DNA from: the human T2T-CHM13v2.0 reference genome, Homo sapiens
DNA length: 64,000 nucleotides
Direction: 5' to 3' (one strand)
Assembly: GCF_009914755.1 (NCBI RefSeq)
Contig: NC_060939.1
Made by a program: the position numbers and the translations under genes. Within the stretch, counting starts at the first letter, position 1. Every line of letters starts with the position of its first letter. The notes beneath the pieces were generated by a model, which saw nothing but the letters and a program-made list of their open reading frames with translations, ran no database searches and had not been told where the DNA came from. Shown here in pieces: positions 52,283 to 64,000 of the stretch.

Positions 52283-52403
52283 GTCTAGGCCACACCACCC
52301 TGAATGCGCCCGCTCGCCTCTGATCTGTTGAAGCTAAGCAGGGTCGGGACTGGTTAGTACTTGGATGGGATTCCGCCTGGTAATAGCGGTACCATAGACT
52401 TTT
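52283..52403 (+). pseudogene. RNA5SP: 5S rRNA pseudogene, full length, with TTTT terminator
   Basis: GTCTAGGCCACACCACCCTGAATGCGCCCG...GAAGCTAAGCAGGGTCGGGACTGGTTAGTACTTGGATGGGA...TAGACTTTT. Box A intact; intermediate element and box C mutated. Confidence 0.95.
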
Positions 52404-53385
52404 GGCTTCCCGCTCCCTCCTTCTTTCCCCCTTTTGTCTCCGTGCTTCCCAACTGCCCCCCGCCTCTGCTCCCCGTTGACCGCCCCCGTGCCCCAGCCGA
52501 AGCCCAGGACCTCCTACTGAAGATCCGCCGCTGCAGCACCGCCAGGCAGCAGCATCCCACCTCTTCCGACTCGCGGCAGCCCCACCCAACCCGGGCGGGA
52601 CGGGACCGACCCCGAGGGTGCAGGCGCGGGTTCCCTGAGGTCCCGGGTGTCTTCACGCTCCCTGGACTCCCAGGCAATTGTATTCATTCATTCAGCGTCA
52701 CTGCAACCGTCCAAGCCGGTGGAAGGGGTGAGCAGGGGCAGCGGGTGCCACAGACCCCAGCCAAGACCTCAGCTCCAGAACCCGAGGGCTGCTTTCCCCA
52801 GAGGAAGGACATTTTCTTCGCCAGCCACGAGGAAATCCGTCCCTGTGCACCCTGTTTCCCAATGCCACCGACTTCGTGTAAACTCCAGTCCGGAGGAAAG
52901 GAGAGAGACCCAGGCCTCGCCCCGTGGACAGGCTCGGCGCCATGGCTCTCGCCAGACACACGAGCACACTCTACAAATCTCAGGGCCCACCGCATCAAGG
53001 AGACAGAAAGAAGCAAAGGAAGGACCTTATGAAACGCACCCCCAAAGCAACCAACCAATCGAAGAAAAAAAAACACGTCTCAGGGCTCCATTGGTTTTCC
53101 TGGGTGGGGGGCCCTGACCCCCTGTTCTAGCCCGGCCCAAGAACCCTCCACCCCACCCCGGCCTGCTGAAAGGTGCCCTGTCTACCTGAGCAGAGCCTCC
53201 CTCTCCAAGGCTCTGTCGCTGTCGCTCCACAACTCCCTCACCCTCTCCCTTTCTCTACTTCCCCCTCCACCTCCCGCTCTAATGTGGTGCTCTCTCTTCC
53301 CCCCTCTCTCTCTCCTCCCCCCTTTTCTGTCTCTCTCTCTCCCTCTGGTTCTACTTCTCCATCCCTCTCTCCCTTGCTCTCCTTC

Positions 53386-53845
53386 TGCAGCAGGAGGAGC
53401 TGCAGACAGAACCCCTCAGACACCGAGTTGTAGAAGGAGGGGCTTTATTCAGCTGGGAGCATCTGCAGACTCACGTCTCCAAAAACCGAGCTCTCCAAGT
53501 GAGCAATTCCTGTCCCTCTTAAGGGCTTACAACTCTAAGGGGGTCCGCGTGAGAGGGTCGTGATGGATTGAGGAAGCAGAGGGTACGTGACTAGGGGCTG
53601 CATGCACAGGTAATTAGATTAGAACAAAACAGGACAGGGATTTTCACAGTGCTTTTCTATACAATGTCTGTAATCTATAGATAACATAACCGAGTAGGTC
53701 AGGGGTCGATCTTTAACTACCAGGCCCAGGGTGTGGTGCAGGGCTGTCTGCCTGTGGATTTCATTTCTGCCTTTTAGATTTTACTTCTTCTTTCTTTGGA
53801 GGCAGAAATTGGGCATAACACAATATGAGGGGTGGTCTCCCTTCA
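53386..53845 (-). mobile_element. LTR2-family (HERV-E) solo LTR inside the 5S spacer
   Basis: Minus strand: GGAGACCACCCCTCATATTGT.TTATGCCCAATTTCTGCCTCCAAAGAAAGAAGAAGTAAAA...AATAAAGCCC...CTCGGTGTCTGAGGGG...CCTGCTGCA. Confidence 0.88.
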
Positions 53846-54684
53846 AGCTATCTGTGTCTGTGTCTTTGTATGTCTGTGTGTGTGCCCGGGTGTGGTGTGT
53901 GTGTGTGTGTGTCTGCATGCATGCACCCGTGTGTATCCGTGTGTGTGTCAGGGTGGGTTTGTTCGTGGTAGTGGTGGGGTGTGTCTGGGTGTCCGTCAGC
54001 CCCTCTTTCCCGGGATGAGGCTGCCGGGGCTCTAGTGCCAGGGTGGGGCAAAGCAGAGCCTTCTTGCCCCTTTGGCCATGGCGGGTCCTCGTCAGAACAA
54101 GCGAAGATGGTGTGAGCATTGTGAGAAAAAGGGCCCATGGGGCTGGGCCGGCTGTTCGCCCCTGGGCAGCCCTGGCGGCTCTGGGTGTGTGGGGCAAGAG
54201 GGGGCCTTGCAGGAGGGGCGGTGAGGAATCCAAAATAATTTTTCCGCGGCAAGGCGGAGGACCGGAGGGGACCCCGGGACCGTGGGCTCCGGGCCCTGAC
54301 GCCTCGGAGCACACCCCGTCCTAAGCGGGCCCCAGGTGTTGGAAGCTCGGGAGCTCAAGAGGCTGGGGAAGGCCTGGAGTCTCAGCGAGAGGGTGGCTGC
54401 CTGGAGAGTCCAGAGCCCTGGCAGGGGATGGAGGCCTCTGGCGCCTGGGCTGTCTCGCGCATGGTCTGGCCGCCGGCGACATCGGGACGCTCTGGGAGGT
54501 CGGCGGAAAGCGCAGCGCGGCGATGGTGGTGCTTGGGCTTAGAGGGGGAGAGCAGCCCGGCCACAGGCAAGCGGCTCTGGGGTGCCTGATCCCAGCCTCG
54601 CGGCCCCCGGGTTGGTGGTGATGCCTGGAATCAGGCAGGCGTAGCTGGACTGGGCTCTTGGGCCAGCCAGGCGCCACTGCCATT

Positions 54685-54705
54685 GTCTACGGCCACACCA
54701 CCCGG
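54685..54705 (+). pseudogene. 5S rRNA 5' stub (~20 nt) of the second unit
   Basis: GTCTACGGCCACACCACCC preceded by a D-box at -32, then a jump to spacer sequence. Confidence 0.8.
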
Positions 54706-55378
54706 AAAACGAGAGAGACCCAAGCCGCGGCCCGTGGGCACGCTCAGCGCCACTGCTCCTGCCACAGTGACGGGCGCACTCTACAACTTTCAGGGCCCAC
54801 AGCACCAAGAGGACAGGGAGGAGCCCTTGCTGCCTGGCTCATGAAAGCCCCCTGTGGGAGAGCCCCAGGAGCGCAGGGCATGTGGGGTGCAGGAAGCGCC
54901 TTTCCCCACGCCCCGGTGTAGGTGAACTCGATAGAGGAGGGAGGAGGGTGACACCCACCAGGGGTGCTAATTAGTAACCACAGTGGCCTCAAAGAACTCA
55001 AATGAAAGGAAGACTTGCAAGTCTCTCACTTTAAGTCCAGAGCTAGAAATGATTAAGCTTAGTGAATATGTAGAATTTTCATAGCTAGAGAGAAGTCAAC
55101 GCTTGGCTTCAAAACTTCAAAGGATGGGCTGACTCTCTTTGAGGACCACTGCAGCTGGTGACTTTAAGTTACAGCCAGTGCTCATTGACCACTCTGAAAA
55201 TCTCAGGGCCCTTAAGAATTATGCAAAATCTATTCTTTCTGTGCTCTAGAAATGGAACATCACTGTCTGGGTGACAGCACATCTGTTAATAGCATGGTTT
55301 ACTGAATATTTTAATCCCACTATTGAGACCTACTGCTCAGAAAAAAAAAAAACGATTCTTTTAAAAAGATTGTTGGTT

Positions 55379-55730
<352 letters not shown>

Positions 55731-56003
55731 GATTGCTGCTTATTGACAATTCACCTAGCCACCCAGAAGCTTAGATGGAGATTTACTTGGAAATTAATGT
55801 TATTTTCATGGCTGCTAGTACAATATTTACCTTCAGCCTGTGGATCAAGGAGTGGTTTTGACTTTCAAGTGTTTTTATTAATTAATAATTGCATTTTGTA
55901 AAGGTATAGCTGTCATAGATAGTGATTTCTTTGATGAATCTGGATAAACTGAATTGAAAACCTTTTGGAAAGGATTCACCATTAATCTTTTCATGATATT
56001 TGA

Positions 56004-56084
56004 ACCTCCTCCCGTGAATCACAAATGTCCTTAATAGCAATCCTTAAATGCCATTAAGGACATTTGTGATTGATGGGAGGAGGA
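56004..56084 (+). ncRNA. MIR4477B: miR-4477b-like hairpin (mature-like ATTAAGGACATTTGTGATTGAT, 56053-56074)
   Basis: Near-perfect stem-loop; mature sequence matches miR-4477b as I recall it. Confidence 0.75.
56004..56084 (-). ncRNA. MIR4477A: miR-4477a-like hairpin on the opposite strand (mature-like CTATTAAGGACATTTGTGATTC, 56037-56016)
   Basis: Same palindrome read on the minus strand; matches miR-4477a as I recall it. Confidence 0.7.
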
Positions 56085-56971
56085 TGAAATATTAACATTA
56101 ACAGGAGTTTGGAAGAAGTTGATTCCAGCCCTCATGGATGACTTTGAGGGCTCAGGATGTCAGTGGAGGAAGTCCCTGCAGATGTGGTAGAAATCACAAG
56201 ACAACTAGAATTAGAATTAGGGCCTTAAGGTGAGATGAAATTGCTGTAAACTCATGATGAAACTTGAACAAATAGGGAGTTGCTTCTTATGGACGAGCAA
56301 AGAAAATATTTTCTTGAGATGGAATCTAATCCAGGTGGAGATGCTATCAACATTGTTGAAATGACAACAAAGGATTTAGAATATTCCATAAACCTAGTTG
56401 ATAAAGCAGCAGCAGGGTTTGAGAGGGTTTATTCCAATTTTGAAAGAAGTTCTACTGTTGATAAAATGCTGTCAAACAGCATCACATGCTACAGGGAAAT
56501 CTTTGGTGAAAGGAACAAACTTCATTGTTTTAAAAAATTGACACAGGCTTCCAACCTTCAGCAGCCCCCACACTGATTAGCCAGCAGTCATCAATATAGA
56601 GGCAAGACTCTCACCAGCAAAAAGATTATGACTTGGTAAGGCTCAGATATTCATTAGCATTTTTTAGCACTGACGTATTTTAACTTAAGGTATGTACACA
56701 GTTTTTTAGACATGCTATTAATTACTAATTAATAATTATTAAATACTCATTAGACTACAATATAGTTTAAGCATAACTTTTATAAGCACTGGGAAATAAA
56801 ATGTTTATGCAACTAACTTGATTGTAACATTTGCCTTACTGAAGTGGTCTGGAACAAAACCCACACTATCTCTGAGGTGTGCTTGTAGGTTTTTGTTTGT
56901 AGCATTTGCTTTACTGCAGTTGTCTGGAACCAAACCCACACTATCTCTGAGGTGTGCTTCTAGGTTTTTGG

Positions 56972-57271
56972 TTGTTCTTTGTTTTGAGATGGGGTTTCGC
57001 TCTGTCGCCTAGGCCAGAGTGCAGTGACATGATCATAGCTCACTGCAGCCTCAAACTGCTGGGTCAAGTGATTTTTCTACCACAGCCTCCTGAGTAGCTG
57101 GGACTACAGGCATGCAGCACTATGCCTGGCTATATTTTTTTAATACTTTTTTTGTAGAGACGGGATCTCACTATGTTGCCCACCTGGTCTTGAACTCTGG
57201 GGCTCAGGCAATCCAGCCACTTCAGCCTCCCAAAATGCAGCCATTACAGGCTTGAGCAACTGCACCCAGCT
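56972..57271 (-). mobile_element. AluJ
   Basis: GATCATAGCTCACTGCAGCCTCAAAC...TCTCACTATGTTGCC. Confidence 0.9.
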
Positions 57272-57296
57272 TGTCTGCAGTTCTTAAAACAAAAAC

Positions 57297-58175
<879 letters not shown>

Positions 58176-59458
58176 AATTAAAACATTACAATGTGTCATA
58201 TAGTTTTCAAATCACAAGACAGAAAAAGACATAATAAAAGAAACTATAGAAAACAACAAGGATAGGAATAAAACATCAGTGATAGAAGGCAGAAGACAGA
58301 AACGTGGAGCCAAACACATTAATTTATTTTAATCATTAGTTATACTCATTTATACTAATTTATATTGATTTAACATATTAATTCTGACTAAATGGCATTA
58401 AAAGAGGTCTGAAGAATTTGCATGTCACATTCTGGATGACAGGACTCAATAATATTAACTCTTTAGTTTGCTGTAAATCATTTAAAAATATGCTCAAATT
58501 CCAATAAAAATTCCAAGAAAAATATTTTCGAACAAGAACATGTGATTTTAAATCCATATATTGAACACACACATACAATGAGAGCCATTATTATAAAATT
58601 TACTATAAGATATTTAAGATTATTATCACTATCCAAAATTAAACAAATTTGAAATGGCACAAAAATAAACACATTAATGAAAGAGAATTAAAAACACAGA
58701 AATTGAGTGTAATTTTATCTAGTAACAGGGTAACATTTTAAACCCACAAAACAGAGCGATTGTTCCATTTGTGGTATTAAAATATTGGGTAATGATTTGA
58801 GAATATAAAATGACAGAATTGAATCATGGTCCTACATCTTACATAAAAGTTAATTCCAGTATTAAATATAAAAAAAAAGAGAGAGAAAAAAGAAAATTAG
58901 ATGTGTGTGTTTTATGACCTTGAGAATGAATGTCTTCTAAAATCAAAATTTCAAACAGAAACCATATAAAAAGGAATAAACCTAACGTACCTAAAATGTA
59001 AATTCTTATACATTTTAACACCAGGTAAATAGCACAAAACAAACTGGGGAAAATTTTACAGCAGTTATGTTACATGAAAGTTAAAATCCTTATGACATAT
59101 ACAATGTATAAAACAGTATGATTACTGCTATTATTAATAGCATTATGATTACCTGGTCTTCCCGCACACCAGTCCTCTTCTGGTGCCCTGTGGTGAAGCA
59201 GAGCCCTCCCTCTCTGGCCACAGTGAGGGATCCAGCAGGAACCTGTGCCTAAACCCACAGAGGGTGTGAGCCAAGCCAGAACATCACATTCCCTCCTGCG
59301 AAATGATGCAGATACCCACTCACGACAGAGATTTGGTCCCTCTCTGGAAAAGCTGTGTAACAATTATTGCAGAAACTTGTTTCTTATGTTCCCAGACACA
59401 TGGAGAAAGCTGGTCTGGAAGACTGATGTCCACATGCTAAGAGAAGCAGTCACTCATA

Positions 59459-61362
59459 ACACACACACTGCACACACCACACCGTGTGCACATGCACACA
59501 CACCCCACACACAGACACCACACAAACAGCACACACACCATGTGCACATGCACACACACCCCTCACACCCACTGCCCACACCCCACAAACACACCTACTG
59601 CACACACACCATGTGCACATGCATATACCCCATACAGACACCACACACTGCACACACACCACACAGAGACACCACACACACTGCACACACACTATGTGCA
59701 CACACCCCACACACACCACACACACTACATACACACCATGTGCACACACACACCACAGACACCACACACACTGCACACACACCATATGCACATGCTCACA
59801 CTGCACACAAACACACTGCACACACCGTGTGCACACACACACCCCACACACATACACCACACACAGCACACACACCATGTGCACATGAACACACCCCACA
59901 CAGACACCACACACACTGCACACACACCATGTGCATATGCACACCCCAGACATCACACACACTATGCACACCACTCCATGTGCACACATGCACCCCAGAC
60001 ACCACACACACTGCACACACACACCATGTGCACACACACACCCCATACACCACACACACACCACACACGCCATGTGCACATGCACACCCCAGACACCACA
60101 CACTGCACACAGCAGACACCACACTACACACATGCCATGTGCACATGCACACACCCACATACACACCACACTGCACACACCACGTCATGTGCACATGCAC
60201 ACCCCACATGCAGAAGCCACACACACGGCACACACACCATGTACACATGCACACACACCACACACCATGCACGTGCACACACACACTCCTCAGACACCAC
60301 ACTGCACACACAACCAAGACACCACACACACTGCACACACCCCACACACACTGCACACACACCATGTGCACACGTACACACACACCACACACTGCACACA
60401 CACCATGTACACATGCACACACCCCACACAGACACCACCCAGACACCACACACACTGCACACAGCACACCATGTATACACACACACTGCACACACACCAT
60501 GTACACATGCACACACACCCTGCACAGACACCACACACTGCATACACACCATGTGCACACGCACACACACCCTAGACACCACAGACACCACACACTGCAC
60601 ACACACCATGTATACATGCACACACCATGCACACACACCATGTGCACATGCACACACACCCCAGACACCACACACAGACACCACACTGCACCCACACCAT
60701 GTATACATGCACACACCCCACACACTGTACACACACCATGTGCACACATGCACACCTCTGACACCACACACACTGTGTACACACCATGTGCACACACACC
60801 CCCCACAGACATCACACACACCACACAGTATGTGCACACGTGCACACACCCCCACACCACACACATGAATCTACTACACATACACCACACACATACAGCA
60901 CCACACACATCACACACCCCATACATACTCCCCACACACCACACACACCACACATACTCTCCACACACTGCACACGTACACAGTGCCACACACATAGAGC
61001 AAACATATACCTCACATACATACACCACACCACACATTCTACAAACACATCAAGCACACATCAAACACTACACACACCGCACATACACAGCACCATACAC
61101 ACACAAAACACACACATCACATACACCACACACATATCACATGCACACACCACACATAGTACACATACACACCAAACACACATACACCACAAACACAGCA
61201 CATATACACACCATGCACCACCCACATACTACATGCAGTATACACACATAACACCCACAATACACTCCACACACACATATACATACCCCATGTACCTACT
61301 ACACACACAGACCACACACACATATCATGCATACACCTGCACACACCTCACAGAATACATAC
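59459..61362. repeat. CA-rich degenerate minisatellite/low-complexity tract (~1.9 kb)
   Basis: Recurring CAGACACCACACACACTGCACACACACCATGTGCACATGCACACACACCCCA-like units that decay toward the right. Confidence 0.95.
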
Positions 61363-63479
61363 AATCCTCACTGTTAGAAATTAATTTGGCTTTTAAGGAG
61401 CCTGGATAGTAAAGTATTTTATTGGCGTTTGAGCGAGCCAAGAAAATGCGTATAAATACACATGCATAACTATGAGGGCACAAGCAGCACTTTCGAAATC
61501 ACAACATTAGATTAAACCGTGTAAATTTTTTATTGTTTTTAAAAAGTCAACTCTTTCTCATTTTACTAGAAACTATTTACCAGAGTAAACTAATGAGATT
61601 CTTCCTGAGGTCAAAAGACTTTCTGGAAAAACTTCTCCTTGATGAAATTGCACTTAAAACATCACTTCCATCGTGAAGTATTTCTTTAAGATGTTCTTGG
61701 TCCTTTTCCTGTTATGTGGAATCGTCAATTCAAATTTTAAAAGTGACTTTGAGATGTTTTTCATCTATTATTTAAAAAATGTTGAAGGGCTTTTTAATTC
61801 TGCCTTCAGCAGAGATCGACACACTCTGATTATGATGTAAAACTGAATACGTTACTCTGACAGGCTTTCTCCTCTGCAGTGCCGCTACCATCATTATTAA
61901 TAATGATTGAATGCTTTTACTCCATGCACAATCTATATTCCCTGCTTTATAAAGAATAGAAATCTAATTCTCACTATGAAGACAGATAAAAGTAATCCCT
62001 TCAATCTACAGATGACTGAATCATTTACCAAAGCACTCAGACTTTAAATATAATTTATCAAATGTGTCTATATTTCTACGCATATAATTCATATAAAGAA
62101 CATGTAGTTTAAATCATTGCACATTTTATACTTTTAATCAGTTGTGATGGTCATTAGTATTTTTATCACATTTCCCCAAAGGTAGGCTAATTACTGTTAT
62201 TATTTTCAGCTAGAAATATAAAAGGTATTTTCTATTTTTGATGACTTTGAAACATAACCCTTGGAATATAATATCTATGTATAATATCTGTGGAAAGCAT
62301 GAAGCTAATATTCAAACAGTATGCATTTTTTCCAGAATGAAAATTTCCTCTACAATAACATTCATCCTTTTTTCCTGATGGACACATAAAAGTCAACATT
62401 TCTAACATTGCTGGACGTTATTTACATTAAACTTGCCTCAGCTTCAGTTGTTGCAGAAACTGGGCAAGAGGCCACAAGGTACAGAATATACACACACAAA
62501 AAAAACTTGTATTATTATACTTACCTAAGTGTCTAAAGAGGTGGATAAATATATTAGATTGCTCCAGAACAAGGATTTTTATGGGGCCTATTGGAAAGCA
62601 TGACTGCAGTTTGAGTGAGATGCCTGTAAGAGATTCAATTTGGCCACTATTTATTGAGTATCCAATTTTAAAAGTACTGACAGAAGGCCCATGAGATAGA
62701 AATTTTCACCTGTCTACTGGAGATGTGCTACTGGATGCTGTAGTAAACAGTGGTGTGGTAATTGTAAAACACATCTGATATCTAAGCCTTTGTTTGTTTT
62801 TTACCTGAAATCTTTATGGGGGTGATTGTGTATGTCAATTTGAATCTTCCCATCAACAAGATAAATAAATAAATAGCCAGCCTACCTCGATAAATTAGTT
62901 CACCTTTTCGGCAGTGCTTCTCCTCCTTTGACAGCCACAAGATTCGCCCGGGGATCTCCTTAAAATGCAAAACCATAGACCACACTTTGACTAGCTTGGA
63001 TAAGGGGCCAGAGCATTGAAATGAGTGTGTAGGTGACTGTGCTAAGATTCTCCTGCTCATTTGGGAACTGGCTCACCATATAAATAAAGCTTAGGACCTC
63101 TAGTCCTTGCTGGAAAAGAAATACACATACATAGGATGTGACTGTGCATATGGAATATCTGTTGTGTTCTGGACATTGTGCTAGACAACAGAGATAAGGA
63201 GTCAAATAATCCCTTGTCTGTATCTGAAAAGAGCTTCCGACACAGTGGCTTCTGAGGTCTTTGAAACGAGATTCACTTTCAGATTTGATTATTTTATTTA
63301 TGATTTGATATTTTCATTGAACCCCATGATATGATAAAGTTTTCCAGAACCTGCTAGAACAATTGACTTTGCTTTCAGCATTATGAAGCCACTGGGGCAT
63401 ATAAGTAGTTCATTTATGTTTCTATTTAACCAGACAGGAACAAGTTGAGCTACTTTTCTGGCCACCTTCGTTTAGACCT

Positions 63480-63552
63480 GTTTTTTTTAGTTATTTTTGT
63501 TTGTTTGTTTTTGAAATGGGTCTCACTCTGTCACCTAGGCTGGAATGCAGTG
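63480..63552 (-). mobile_element. Alu 3' fragment, truncated
   Basis: T-rich tail then GAAATGGGTCTCACTCTGTCACCTAGGCTGGAATGCAGTG. Confidence 0.85.
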
Positions 63553-63640
63553 ATTATACATATTTACTATTATTATACATAATAGTAAATATGTATAATC
63601 AGAGTTTGAGGTTTTTTCAATGAAGGCATTTTCTTTGCAG

Positions 63641-63750
63641 AAAGAAATTTCAGAGCTTCCAAGACCACAAACTTAAAATAAGTAAAGAAGCAGTAAAATT
63701 CTTAAAAAGATGCAGAAAGATGGATTTTTGCATGAGACGATTCTGGACAG
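63641..63750 (+). pseudogene. FRG1: FRG1 pseudogene fragment: penultimate exon with flanking introns
   Basis: ttttctttgcAG|AAAGAAATTTCAGAGCTTCCAAGACCACAAACTTAAAATAAGT...GATGGATTTTTGCATGAGACGATTCTGGACAG|GTagct encodes KFQSFQDHKLKISKE...KDGFLHET.LDR; 1-bp deletion near 63690. Confidence 0.92.
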
Positions 63751-64000
63751 GTAGCTATTTATTTACTTATTTCCACTATTTTCAGTAGCCAATAGAAATG
63801 GCATATAGAAAACCTACATTCTCTTAAATTACTGTAGTTTTCACATTTTTGTCTTTATTTCTAATTTATGAGTGTGGCAATATTACCTAGAGAGGACATC
63901 ATGAGTTTGGGAAAAGACTTTCAAGAAAGAATATCTAAAAATTATAACCGATTCTAAGCATATACTTTAAGAAATTCAGGTTTTACTGTATCTACTTCGT

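Larger units (their letters stand above)
51900..54830 (+). repeat. Orphan 5S rDNA tandem remnant (~1.5 units, GC-rich spacer with CT tract ~53240-53385 and GT tract ~53850-53990)
   Basis: Upstream spacer 51905-52282 is homologous to 54312-54684; two 5S starts 2402 bp apart. Confidence 0.85.

Noticed and set aside
51829-55001. Many overlapping 100-230-aa ORFs
   Set aside because: GC-rich 5S spacer depleted of stop codons; no recognisable homology.
59245-61409. 668-aa, 460-aa and other His/Thr- or Cys/Val-rich ORFs
   Set aside because: They arise from the CA-rich repeat, which lacks stops in most frames on both strands; no domain signal.

Overview
Human (or closely related great-ape) pericentromeric DNA with no intact protein-coding gene that I can support. 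From left to right: the edge of a monomeric alpha-satellite block (1-1629), then a mosaic of segmental-duplication pieces. These are a CDK2AP2 processed pseudogene; an unprocessed PTGER4 exon-2 fragment fused to an unidentified gene's exon end; an interstitial (CCCTAA)n tract with TAR1/TERRA-promoter repeats; a GC-rich ~330-bp tandem; a dense nest of L1/Alu/LTR elements including a full-length L1PA6/7-like copy; a ~1.5-unit orphan 5S rDNA tandem without the usual spacer Alu; a Tigger1 carrying the MIR4477A/B palindrome; a 1.9-kb CA-rich tract; and an isolated FRG1 exon. From memory, this combination resembles the chr9 pericentromeric PTGER4P/CDK2AP2P/RNA5SP/MIR4477 duplicons, but I cannot tell which paralog it is. 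The main hypothesis is a minus-strand chimeric transcription unit driven by a captured subtelomeric TERRA-type promoter and spliced across telomeric repeats into PTGER4- and CDK2AP2-derived exons. Repeat subfamily calls and identities were made by eye and are approximate.
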